The notes under the pieces: generated by a model
The model's input: the letters and a program-made list of their open reading frames with translations, nothing else
Database searches by the model: none
Told to the model about the DNA's origin: nothing
Shown here: one piece after another, positions 18,292-26,852 of the stretch
How positions within the stretch are numbered: the first letter of the stretch is position 1
How the letters are laid out: each line of letters opens with the position of its first letter
Sequence record: NC_070650.1
Reading direction: 5' to 3' (one strand)
Length of the DNA stretch: 64,000 bases
Program-made: the position numbers and the translations under genes

Positions 18292-20067
18292 ATGGCACAG
18301 ACAGTTGCGAAAAAAGGCCTTGCCGCCCTCCCGGATTTAGGGAGTGTTATGGGTGAAAATGGTTACCTTCATTATAATGAAGATGGGGTGGACTATCGTT
18401 TTCCCGTAGCACTTTTAAGTCGAATTTCCGTACTTGCCACCGCTACCGGCGCAAAAAGTATTGGACTTGATTTAACGACCGTTTGGAATGTTCTTTCTGG
18501 ACGTACCAGAAACTTTTTCGAATTTTTAAGTGACGATAAAATTGATTCAGTCAAATCCGGCGAAGACGTGGATATCACCACAGAACTTCAAGCCGCTATG
18601 GATGCCAACTGCGCCATCAAACTTCCCGACGGTAGCTATTATGTTACTCAGGCGATTGTCACTTCAGTGAGTTCTAGTTTGATTGGTGATGGCCCTAGAA
18701 ACTGCGTGATTGATAACCGCGGCATCGACCATCTCTTTAAATTCCCCTCCGGGTATAATCGTGGTTGGAAGGTGTGGTGTGGATTTAAAGTTAAATCCAG
18801 TAATCAGGCCGCCCTTAAAAAATATGCATTTTATTTCATGGGTTCGGCAACGACCGGGTACTTGGATTATGCCGCATCCCAGTGGTTTCAGCTGATTGAA
18901 TTCGACGGAACCGGCATGGGCGGTGGGTGGTATCTCCAGGATTGTTTCCGGGTCACCATCCGCGATTGCGGAGCATCCGGCCATGGAAACCCATTCTACA
19001 TTGCTGGGTCTGTGGTGCAGCTTACCGTAGATAACTATGTTAACAATGGCGATAGCGCACCATCAATGGATGTCGGGTCATATGGCGTGTATATGGCCAA
19101 TAAAAGCTACACCGATGGTAACGGAACTAAAACACCAGAAGGGGTGAACTTCACCCATTGTAAATTTGTACGTCAAGCTATCGGCGCTACGGCGGTTGGT
19201 TTGTTCGTCAATTTCTCTAAGTGTGAGTTTGATTACTGCTGGCAATACGGTGGGTATTACGGTGGTGGTAGTCAAGTAACATTCGACATGTGCTATGTTG
19301 GGGTGCAAGCAAATAGGCCAAATAACTTTGTTGGGTTTATGGTGCCAGCACAAGCTTCCGGTGTTGCTGAAAAAGTTGTTATCCATAAATGCACCGTCAA
19401 CATGCAGACGAACACCAATACCAACGCCGCGATTTACACGTCCAAAGGCATTCAGGTCGGTAACTCAACAGTTAACCCTATTGCAACAGATATCGTCAGC
19501 AATACCTTCAGGGGCGTTGGTTTTGATATAGGAATCCACGTCGTTCGCGGGCTCGGAATTAAAGTTGATGCGAATGCCTTCCTTTATACCGGGGTTAACA
19601 TCCAGGTGGACGAATGTCGTACCCTCTGGATGACCAACAACAGCACCAGCCTTGACGGCTCTAATAATCCAAGAGGCACTTACAATCTGACGACTGCAGA
19701 TACGTCGGCAGAATGGTTTGTTGTGGGTAATGATGGTACCTTCGTTACGAAAAGTATCGTCAACCCGGCGCGATGCATTATCATGAACCGATACTGGACC
19801 CCGTACGTGACCAGAACATCCTGGTCGCCTTCAGCAGCAATTAATGTCAGTATTGCCGCCGGTGCTACGTATGGGTTCACCATCGCCGCCACCGCAGATT
19901 CTACGGCAACGTATAGCTTAGCTGGGGTAAACGTATCCGGGTTACAGTGGAGTATCGTTTATTCGAACGCTGCTGCCGTCAGGGTCACGTTCTATAACCC
20001 AACGGCATCTGCTATTACTCTTAACACTTCCCTGAGAGTGAAAACAGAGTGGCCACCTGTGGGGTGA
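18292..20067 (+). CDS. RBP2: tailspike/putative polysaccharide depolymerase, 591 aa
   Basis: Anchor KKGLAALPDL; DITTELQAAMDA...LPDGSYYV...LIGDG beta-helix entry; parallel beta-helix-like repeats. Confidence 0.85.
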   Translation: MAQTVAKKGLAALPDLGSVMGENGYLHYNEDGVDYRFPVALLSRISVLATATGAKSIGLDLTTVWNVLSGRTRNFFEFLSDDKIDSVKSGEDVDITTELQAAMDANCAIKLPDGSYYVTQAIVTSVSSSLIGDGPRNCVIDNRGIDHLFKFPSGYNRGWKVWCGFKVKSSNQAALKKYAFYFMGSATTGYLDYAASQWFQLIEFDGTGMGGGWYLQDCFRVTIRDCGASGHGNPFYIAGSVVQLTVDNYVNNGDSAPSMDVGSYGVYMANKSYTDGNGTKTPEGVNFTHCKFVRQAIGATAVGLFVNFSKCEFDYCWQYGGYYGGGSQVTFDMCYVGVQANRPNNFVGFMVPAQASGVAEKVVIHKCTVNMQTNTNTNAAIYTSKGIQVGNSTVNPIATDIVSNTFRGVGFDIGIHVVRGLGIKVDANAFLYTGVNIQVDECRTLWMTNNSTSLDGSNNPRGTYNLTTADTSAEWFVVGNDGTFVTKSIVNPARCIIMNRYWTPYVTRTSWSPSAAINVSIAAGATYGFTIAATADSTATYSLAGVNVSGLQWSIVYSNAAAVRVTFYNPTASAITLNTSLRVKTEWPPVG

Positions 20068-20071
20068 TATA

Positions 20072-20593
20072 ATGGCAACTTACGTTCCAGATATTTCATT
20101 GGCTTCTGATGAGTTGGTATACCAACTCATCAATAACGACAACGGTACTTATTATGACGCAGCCCATTTAACGTTGGGCACGCCGTCAGTTAACACCACT
20201 GATTATCTAGATAAAAATACACGCATTACTGTCTCTCATCCGAAATACGGCACAATAGATGGCGCACTTCTTTATTACAATCGAATGAATATTCAGCAAG
20301 TGTTTGATAACACTTTTCCGTTATTTGTTTGTTTGAATGGAGAAAATGACGCTAACGCTTTGGGTGCATATTTTCAATCAACCTATGGCGTGGGTCTGGG
20401 TACCTCCGATATATCCTCGATGGTGATTGCAAACACTACCAATACAGAGCTGGTTTTCACTATCTCTGATTCCAGTTTGGCGTGGTATGGACAAACCCCA
20501 ATGATGGTGTTGAGTAAAAGCAAATATTTTTACGGTACTCCGGATACTTTGGGGTATTATGTTTTATCTGATGGTAGTCTATTGACTGCTTAG
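20072..20593 (+). CDS. Adaptor-like paralog A2, 173 aa
   Basis: DISLASDELVYQLINNDN, YYNRM, SDSSLAWYG. Confidence 0.75.
   Translation: MATYVPDISLASDELVYQLINNDNGTYYDAAHLTLGTPSVNTTDYLDKNTRITVSHPKYGTIDGALLYYNRMNIQQVFDNTFPLFVCLNGENDANALGAYFQSTYGVGLGTSDISSMVIANTTNTELVFTISDSSLAWYGQTPMMVLSKSKYFYGTPDTLGYYVLSDGSLLTA
20459..20485 (+). repeat. 27-bp perfect direct repeat, copy 2 (inside A2)
   Basis: Identical to 18133-18159; both encode TISDSSLAW. Confidence 0.95.
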
Positions 20594-20604
20594 CGAGGGC
20601 TATC

Positions 20605-21270
20605 ATGGCGGGATTTTACATCGTTGATTTGTCCTTGCCATCTGACGAGATGGTATTAGGATTAATCAATAATGACAATGATCTAGAGTTGAGGATGGAT
20701 GAGGTTAATTTGGGGGAAGCCCAGGTTAATACTGACGTCATACGCCATCCCCGAGATACTACCATGCTTGTAACCAATGGAAAATACGCCAGAGATACAT
20801 TGCGAGTCTATTATGACCGCCTTAGTATCGAGGAAGTTATTTCCATGAAATACCCCATCATTGTTCGCGGCGTGGAAGATGGGAACGTGTCCGACTTATT
20901 GACCTACGTCAATTCAGAGTACGGATTGGGTTTGGTCCCGGCGGATATTGTCGATGCGGCATTAACTGACTTGACTGAAGAAATATCAAGCGCTGAGTTG
21001 GATATGCAAACCACCAACCGTGCGTGGTTGGGTTCGGTGCCGATTCTTATTCTCGGTGAAGGGATGTCGGTGCTACGTCAAGAAGACGATGACAGTATAC
21101 TGCTGGTATATGACGAGGATGATAGTTATGTGGCTATTGGTAGTCGGGCGTTCGCCATAGCCGATATGGTTACTTTAGGTGACGGGCAATCGGTACTAGT
21201 CACTCAAGCACAAAACCCCATTACTTCCACTGCCGGAGAATACTATTTGCTCCGCGGTAAGACATCATAA
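20605..21270 (+). CDS. Adaptor-like paralog A3, 221 aa
   Basis: YIVDLSLPSDEMVLGLINNDN, YYDRL, NRAWLG; acidic C-terminal extension. Confidence 0.75.
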   Translation: MAGFYIVDLSLPSDEMVLGLINNDNDLELRMDEVNLGEAQVNTDVIRHPRDTTMLVTNGKYARDTLRVYYDRLSIEEVISMKYPIIVRGVEDGNVSDLLTYVNSEYGLGLVPADIVDAALTDLTEEISSAELDMQTTNRAWLGSVPILILGEGMSVLRQEDDDSILLVYDEDDSYVAIGSRAFAIADMVTLGDGQSVLVTQAQNPITSTAGEYYLLRGKTS

Positions 21271-21282
21271 AGGAGAGCCGCT

Positions 21283-23028
21283 ATGGCGCAGACGCCCGTA
21301 ACAAAAACATTAACGGATTTGCCAGTCTATGCCGATACTGGATATGCCGGACATCTACTGTATACGGACAGTAATGTCGAATATCGGCTACCATTAAATC
21401 AAATTGCTTTATTGAAAGACCTACGGTCTACCTCGACAACCATGGGGGTGGATTTAGTTTCTGGATCAAAGAAAGTTTTTCGGGTAACCGATTATGGCGC
21501 GGTAGCTGATTATGTTCGCTCTAGTGGTACCGTTGGAACCAACAGTACGTCTGCTTTCCAGGCGGCGATCGCCGCAGCGCAGGCCGTTAATGGCGTGGTT
21601 TATGTACCCTCAGCGCCACAGGGTTACGCTTATTACATAAACCAGACTTTATATCCAATAATTAGTAGTGGTAGCGGACTTTGGCGCGGAGCCAGTATAC
21701 TTGGTGACGGCCTATACGCCAGTTCAATTTATTGTGATTGTGGGGTTAATCCCGGGATACATGTATTGGGTACTTCTGGGTGGCCCTCAAATATTAATAT
21801 TTCGGGCATTTCTTTATATAGCCATATCAAATATACTGGGATTGGTATCAAAGAGCAAGGGGTATGCATATATTCGGTGCATGACGTTGGGATTTATGAA
21901 TTTGATACTAACTTATACATCAGTAATGGGTCGGCTGCCGGTATTTTCTCTGAATTTATTAACCATGAAAGATTGTGGCTTAAAGATGGTAATACTAACA
22001 TTAAATTTAGCCGCGATGGTGGCGATTCTTCTTTTCATGGAATTAATTTCAACCATTGTGTGTTAAATAACATTTCTGGTCAAACCGGAATAAACATTTC
22101 TTCAGGTTGTGTTGTTTATAACTCAGATTGGAAACAACTAACTTTATTTGGTAATTCATCAGTTAATTGGATCGTCAATAACGGTTCTAGGAACGGGTTT
22201 GAAACCCTGTTTTTTGAAGGCGATGGTATTATAACCAATAACGGTAGTTGGTATACCGGTGGAACCTGGAGAATACAAAATAGCACCGGAGTGTGGACGG
22301 ATACCTCTACAGTCCCATTTACCACCGAAACATATATAACCCCCCAAACCCCCACTGATTCAAATTTTTCTTCCGTTGGGTTTACTTCAATATCCGCCCC
22401 AAACGTACCGTCCACATCGCAGACTTATCGAGGTATGGTTAGGCTGAGAGGAAATAATTCGGAAGGGATGGGTATTATTGGGTATGATTCGGGTACGTTT
22501 GAACGGCAAGGATTGGCATTATTAAGTGCTAGTGCGGGCGATACCTTTAAAGATTTGGTGATGCGGTCGTTATGGCATTTAAACGGCATAACTTCATTCA
22601 GACCCAGTTTCGGATTATCTTATGGCTCTTCCGGTACCGCCCAATTAAGCATTAATTCTACTGGTCGAGCATCTGGGGTTATGGGTAGGACAACCACTGG
22701 GACTATAACGGCAAACGCTTCATCGCAAACCATAACAACGACATCATTTTATTTTCCCGAATCAGCATCGCCATCATTGGTGTCTTTAAAATGTATGGGA
22801 CCATCCAATCAATTAGTGTGGGCTGGTTTGTACGTAGGGGCGTCATCACCAATTGGCGGCACCACAATGGTGTCCTTGGGAGTACCAGTAAACGTTGTCG
22901 GTTCCGGGGTTACCTATACCCCACCTACGGCATTAACGGTTGATTCGTCAGGAAACATCTCATTTACATTAACTACGTCGGTAGACATCACATATCGTAT
23001 AAACATTATTGGTTTGGGAGTTTATTAA
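21283..23028 (+). CDS. RBP3: tailspike/putative depolymerase, 581 aa
   Basis: Anchor KTLTDLPVY; FRVTDYGAVAD...SAFQAAIAAA...VVYVP pectate-lyase-3-like start. Confidence 0.88.
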   Translation: MAQTPVTKTLTDLPVYADTGYAGHLLYTDSNVEYRLPLNQIALLKDLRSTSTTMGVDLVSGSKKVFRVTDYGAVADYVRSSGTVGTNSTSAFQAAIAAAQAVNGVVYVPSAPQGYAYYINQTLYPIISSGSGLWRGASILGDGLYASSIYCDCGVNPGIHVLGTSGWPSNINISGISLYSHIKYTGIGIKEQGVCIYSVHDVGIYEFDTNLYISNGSAAGIFSEFINHERLWLKDGNTNIKFSRDGGDSSFHGINFNHCVLNNISGQTGINISSGCVVYNSDWKQLTLFGNSSVNWIVNNGSRNGFETLFFEGDGIITNNGSWYTGGTWRIQNSTGVWTDTSTVPFTTETYITPQTPTDSNFSSVGFTSISAPNVPSTSQTYRGMVRLRGNNSEGMGIIGYDSGTFERQGLALLSASAGDTFKDLVMRSLWHLNGITSFRPSFGLSYGSSGTAQLSINSTGRASGVMGRTTTGTITANASSQTITTTSFYFPESASPSLVSLKCMGPSNQLVWAGLYVGASSPIGGTTMVSLGVPVNVVGSGVTYTPPTALTVDSSGNISFTLTTSVDITYRINIIGLGVY

Positions 23029-23030
23029 TT

Positions 23031-23309
23031 ATGGTTATTTCTGAGTATACGGCCGAAAATGGGGTAGTATTATCTGCGGCAGCATTTATTTTATCAAACG
23101 CAACCATACACTCCCATACGGTTACGGTGGACTCCACCGTAACCGAGAAAAAAGATATGGAATGTATTTTTTGTATCTATGCGTCCGAGGAAGCATACAC
23201 ATCAAAGAAACCATATTTTGAACAATTGCAATTAATTACCTCTTACGATCCAAAATTACTTCTTGAAGACCAGGCATATCAGGCATTAAAATTAGAATTG
23301 GGTATATAG
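23031..23309 (+). CDS. Small protein after RBP3 (possible fibre assembly factor), 92 aa
   Basis: 2 nt after the RBP3 stop and followed by a terminator. Confidence 0.65.
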   Translation: MVISEYTAENGVVLSAAAFILSNATIHSHTVTVDSTVTEKKDMECIFCIYASEEAYTSKKPYFEQLQLITSYDPKLLLEDQAYQALKLELGI

Positions 23310-23313
23310 TCGG

Positions 23314-23350
23314 CATAGAGGGAGGGCGAAAGCCCTCCCAAATATGTTGT
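23314..23350 (+). terminator. Terminator hairpin followed by TATG
   Basis: CATAGA-GGGAGGGC-gaaa-GCCCTCCC-AAATATGTTGT; near-identical copies at 26589 and 52235. Confidence 0.8.
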
Positions 23351-23366
23351 CTGTATTGTAGGTATG

Positions 23367-23558
23367 TTATTTAGAGATAAAGTCAAACTCTACCCACCCC
23401 CACCCAATAATACCGCAATCCTTAGCATTAAAAACATCGCTTAAACGTGACGTCGGGGTTCTGGTAACTAGAGCGGCATTTTGCGTGGTAAACGGCACCA
23501 TGGTTGCGCCTTCGTTTGAACTCGGGTTTGAAAGACACTCATCTAGAATCGGCCCATT
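23367..23558 (-). pseudogene. Inverted tailspike gene fragment
   Basis: Minus-strand frame reads LSNPSSNEGATMVPFTTQNAALVTRTPTSRLSDVFNAKDCGIIG, like the anchor/beta-helix junction of tailspikes (cf. RBP1 LRSSEEGATLV); no anchor, no catalytic body. Confidence 0.65.
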
Positions 23559-23565
23559 TTATGCT
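23555..23565 (+). promoter_or_regulatory. CATTTTATGCT late-promoter-like motif upstream of RBP4
   Basis: Same core as the 32-bp repeat; the G of TATG lies 29 nt before the ATG, as for RBP5. Confidence 0.6.
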
Positions 23566-23591
23566 GATACAACTTTACTTAGGGGCCTGCT

Positions 23592-26054
23592 ATGGCAACG
23601 TTACCGTCTTTGAAAAAACTTTCGGATTTACCGACTTACAGCAATTCATCACCCAACTCTGGAACGATGCTATATACCGAAGGTGGGGTTGATTACAAGT
23701 TACCAATAAACGCGGTAACACTGACCTCGGATCTCGCGTCGACAAATTCAGGAAAAGGTGCGGCATTAGTTGGATTAGAGCAGGGTAGCAATGTGCAATC
23801 GGCTCTACGGGGGTATATTAACGCCGCAGCATTTGGTTATGTTGCCGATTATAACCCAACAACCAATACCGGTACGGATAACACCATAGCCCTCAGGGCC
23901 GCCGCCACCTATTGTTTACAATATGGAATTAGGAAACTGGTCATTCCGCCGGGAATGGGGTTAATTTCCGACTATATCCCAATAGATGTGGGTACTGTTG
24001 GAGAAGCAGTGGCTGACAGATTTAAAGGCTGCCAGGATGGTTTCCATATCCAGGGAGCCGGAATGTATTCGAGTTTATTGGTTTTTGATGCTCCAGATGC
24101 AGATACCCCAGCGATAAAAGCAACTGGAGATTGGGGGACCCACACGGCGCGCGCAATCAGTGATTTAGCGATCGTCCCCCGTACTACCGCCGCGTATAAC
24201 GTAGATACGCTAGGTCAAGGCATCCAATTTATTGGCGGGTGTTTCATCCCAATCAGAAACGTGGTGATTGGTAGATTCCATAAAGGGATTTGTTTTTGGA
24301 ATAAAAACAAAGGTGTTAACGACACCGCAAATACATTCACTGCCGGGGATTTTACAGAGTTTATTCGGGGCAACAATATACGCATATTCAACTGTGATAT
24401 CGGTATCGATTTCATGGTTACTTTGGGCAACAATTCATTTCACGGCATTAACTTTACCCAAACCCAAGTGCAGATTAGAAAATATGGCGGTATTGGGGTT
24501 CGTTTTTATGATGATGGTTCAAGGGCCGCTATCGTCACACCTTCAAGCAATTACCAATTCATTGCTAACGTGTACAATGCTAAATTAGATATAAATCTAT
24601 TTGGTGATGACTCATCTACGTGCTATGGGCTCTATTTAAGCGGCGCCCAGGGTAGGGGGATGTCGGGAGACATTACTTGCGAAGGGGCCATGACCCTCAA
24701 AACAAACAGTTTTGAATGGTATCAGAGTTTCGGTAGCCTACACTCCATATCTGCCATAAATCTTGAAATTGGAGCTACTGATACTTCAACCAGACCTGTA
24801 GCATTTATGTTTTCTAATGCGGCATATCCCCAAACTTACTTTGATGGCAGTGATCCTACTTTATTAAATACGTCATACCCCCGCCAGTTTGATGGAAATA
24901 ATCACGGCAATACCGGTATGGATTTATTAAATATTCGCGGGGCGCAATCTGGAAGTATCTGGTCCCAGGTCGCAAGCAACGTGTCGGTAGGGTGGATTTT
25001 TTCGACGCGCACCACTGGTGGAAGCCGGCCAGCCCAGCGCACCGTCTGGCAATTTTCTTATGATGGTACTCGCATATCTTCAGCCGGTACGTCAGTTGGA
25101 CTGTACAATTCAACGGTGGGTCTTGACCTAACCGCTGCAGCATTAGTCCCTTCTGGTAATAATACCTTGAATATTGGTTCGGCATCGTATCGATTCAACA
25201 ATGGTTATTTTAATGGTTGGAATATAGGTGCTAGTGGTATTGTTCCTACTACTGATGTGAGTTTTAACGTTGGTAGCTCTACTTTCCGAGTTAACCGGTC
25301 TTATGTTGCCTCGCGATATTACACTTCGACTGTATTTGATTCATCGGGAGCTGGTTCTCCGGAAGGAGTGGTTGCGGCAGCAATCGGTTCTACTTATCGC
25401 AGGACAGATGGTGGTGTAAGTACATCGTTCTACGTGAAGGAATCGGGTACCGGCACTTCTGGATGGGTATCTACCGGCTCAGTTAGGCCGTACGTTTCAG
25501 GTATGTTCGTAAGTCCAGGAAATATAGTGTTATCCGGAAACTACCTATATCGGTATCTGGGTACCGCTGGAACAATCAGTACTGCCCCGGTTCCAGGTAC
25601 GCTGTGGAACTTAATGACGTCAGGGGCTTCATGTAAGCTTAGAGCCACAACGACTCAAACAATCGCCACGGGAGTCAATACGGCCCTAACTTGGGCCTCA
25701 GCCACCACCGAATATAATAGTAGCAGTATTTATACGGTCGCTACTGCTGGAATAACCGTCCCGGTTGCCGGGATTTATCGTATTGCCGGTAGGGTGGCTT
25801 TTGCATCCAACAACACCGGTACCCGTTCTGCAGGACTGTTCGTTAACGGCACTTACTACGCAGGATCACAGGCCAGGTTCGTCGCCAAATCCGGCGGGTA
25901 TGCAACTACCGCAGATTACAATGATACGTTATCTCTCGCGGCAGGTTCAGTTATCACGCTATCTGGGTTCCAAGATTCAGGGGGTAGCCTAGATACTGTC
26001 GCTACAGCACCTGATGTATCCTTCCTGACAATCAGTTTGGTAAGTTACGTTTAA
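23592..26054 (+). CDS. RBP4: tailspike/putative depolymerase, 820 aa, with extra C-terminal domains
   Basis: Anchor KKLSDLPTY; NTIALRAAA...LVIPPG; GSPEGVVAAAIGSTYRRTDGG...YVKESGTG motif; beta-sandwich-like C-terminus. Confidence 0.88.
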   Translation: MATLPSLKKLSDLPTYSNSSPNSGTMLYTEGGVDYKLPINAVTLTSDLASTNSGKGAALVGLEQGSNVQSALRGYINAAAFGYVADYNPTTNTGTDNTIALRAAATYCLQYGIRKLVIPPGMGLISDYIPIDVGTVGEAVADRFKGCQDGFHIQGAGMYSSLLVFDAPDADTPAIKATGDWGTHTARAISDLAIVPRTTAAYNVDTLGQGIQFIGGCFIPIRNVVIGRFHKGICFWNKNKGVNDTANTFTAGDFTEFIRGNNIRIFNCDIGIDFMVTLGNNSFHGINFTQTQVQIRKYGGIGVRFYDDGSRAAIVTPSSNYQFIANVYNAKLDINLFGDDSSTCYGLYLSGAQGRGMSGDITCEGAMTLKTNSFEWYQSFGSLHSISAINLEIGATDTSTRPVAFMFSNAAYPQTYFDGSDPTLLNTSYPRQFDGNNHGNTGMDLLNIRGAQSGSIWSQVASNVSVGWIFSTRTTGGSRPAQRTVWQFSYDGTRISSAGTSVGLYNSTVGLDLTAAALVPSGNNTLNIGSASYRFNNGYFNGWNIGASGIVPTTDVSFNVGSSTFRVNRSYVASRYYTSTVFDSSGAGSPEGVVAAAIGSTYRRTDGGVSTSFYVKESGTGTSGWVSTGSVRPYVSGMFVSPGNIVLSGNYLYRYLGTAGTISTAPVPGTLWNLMTSGASCKLRATTTQTIATGVNTALTWASATTEYNSSSIYTVATAGITVPVAGIYRIAGRVAFASNNTGTRSAGLFVNGTYYAGSQARFVAKSGGYATTADYNDTLSLAAGSVITLSGFQDSGGSLDTVATAPDVSFLTISLVSYV

Positions 26055-26063
26055 GGAGTTACC

Positions 26064-26582
26064 ATGCCAGCAAGTATGTATGTAGTGGATACGTCCCTAC
26101 CCTCTGTTGATTTGGTCTACGGGCTTATCAACAATGATAACAATACGGTCTATAGTAAATCTACGCTGAATCTGGCCACGCCGGAGACCAACACCAACCC
26201 AGCAATCGACCGCAACAGTAAAATCCTGGCTTCGAACATCAAATACAGTAACAACACACTGATGTTGTATTACGATAGACTGGATATTGCTGATGTATTG
26301 CGCATGGAATTACCTATCATTTTGTCGAATGTAACCGAAACCACGGTAGACCAGATGATGTGGTTTTTTAATTCCACGTACAAAATGGGGTTGACTAAAG
26401 CCGAAATCTCTGCATCGGTCGTTGACCTAACTGGCAATACAACTACGTGGACAATTGCGGATAGCTCGATGGCATGGGTGGGAAATCTACCATTAACCAT
26501 ATTGCCTACGGGGTATGGTCTACTGGTTGATGAAACAGACAACCAATTACTGGATGAAGATGGGTCATATTTGATTTTATAA
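26064..26582 (+). CDS. Adaptor-like paralog A4, 172 aa
   Basis: YVVDTSLPSVDLVYGLINNDN, YYDRL, DSSMAWVG. Confidence 0.75.
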   Translation: MPASMYVVDTSLPSVDLVYGLINNDNNTVYSKSTLNLATPETNTNPAIDRNSKILASNIKYSNNTLMLYYDRLDIADVLRMELPIILSNVTETTVDQMMWFFNSTYKMGLTKAEISASVVDLTGNTTTWTIADSSMAWVGNLPLTILPTGYGLLVDETDNQLLDEDGSYLIL

Positions 26583-26588
26583 ATACGG

Positions 26589-26627
26589 CATAAAAGGGAG
26601 GGCTTTCGCCCTCCCAATATGTTGTCT
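26589..26627 (+). terminator. Terminator hairpin followed by TATG
   Basis: GGGAGGGC-tttc-GCCCTCCC-AATATGTTGTC. Confidence 0.8.
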
Positions 26628-26811
26628 AACTATTAAATGAAACCACATAATCGAAATCAGCGTAGAGCGTAAAATCAAAAGTACCCGTGGGATGTTGGTA
26701 TGTGGCACCTGAAGAATCAGACAATATCGTCAATATATTGGTTTCGGAAGTCACTAATGACATCAAAGTTTTTCCAGTCAATTCATGATTTTTTGATGTG
26801 GTGGCTTAGTC

Positions 26812-26843
26812 GCCTCATTTTATGCTTATCATTTTCTACAAGA
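26812..26843 (+). repeat. 32-bp perfect inverted repeat, copy 2 (upstream of RBP5; contains TATG)
   Basis: GCCTCATTTTATGCTTATCATTTTCTACAAGA is the reverse complement of 17628-17659. Confidence 0.95.
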
Positions 26844-26852
26844 GGGGCTATC

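Noticed and set aside
26700-26852. 51-aa N-terminal extension of RBP5
   Set aside because: Anchor homology begins at MANRA (26853); the shared LILCLSFSTR translation simply reflects the non-coding 32-bp repeat
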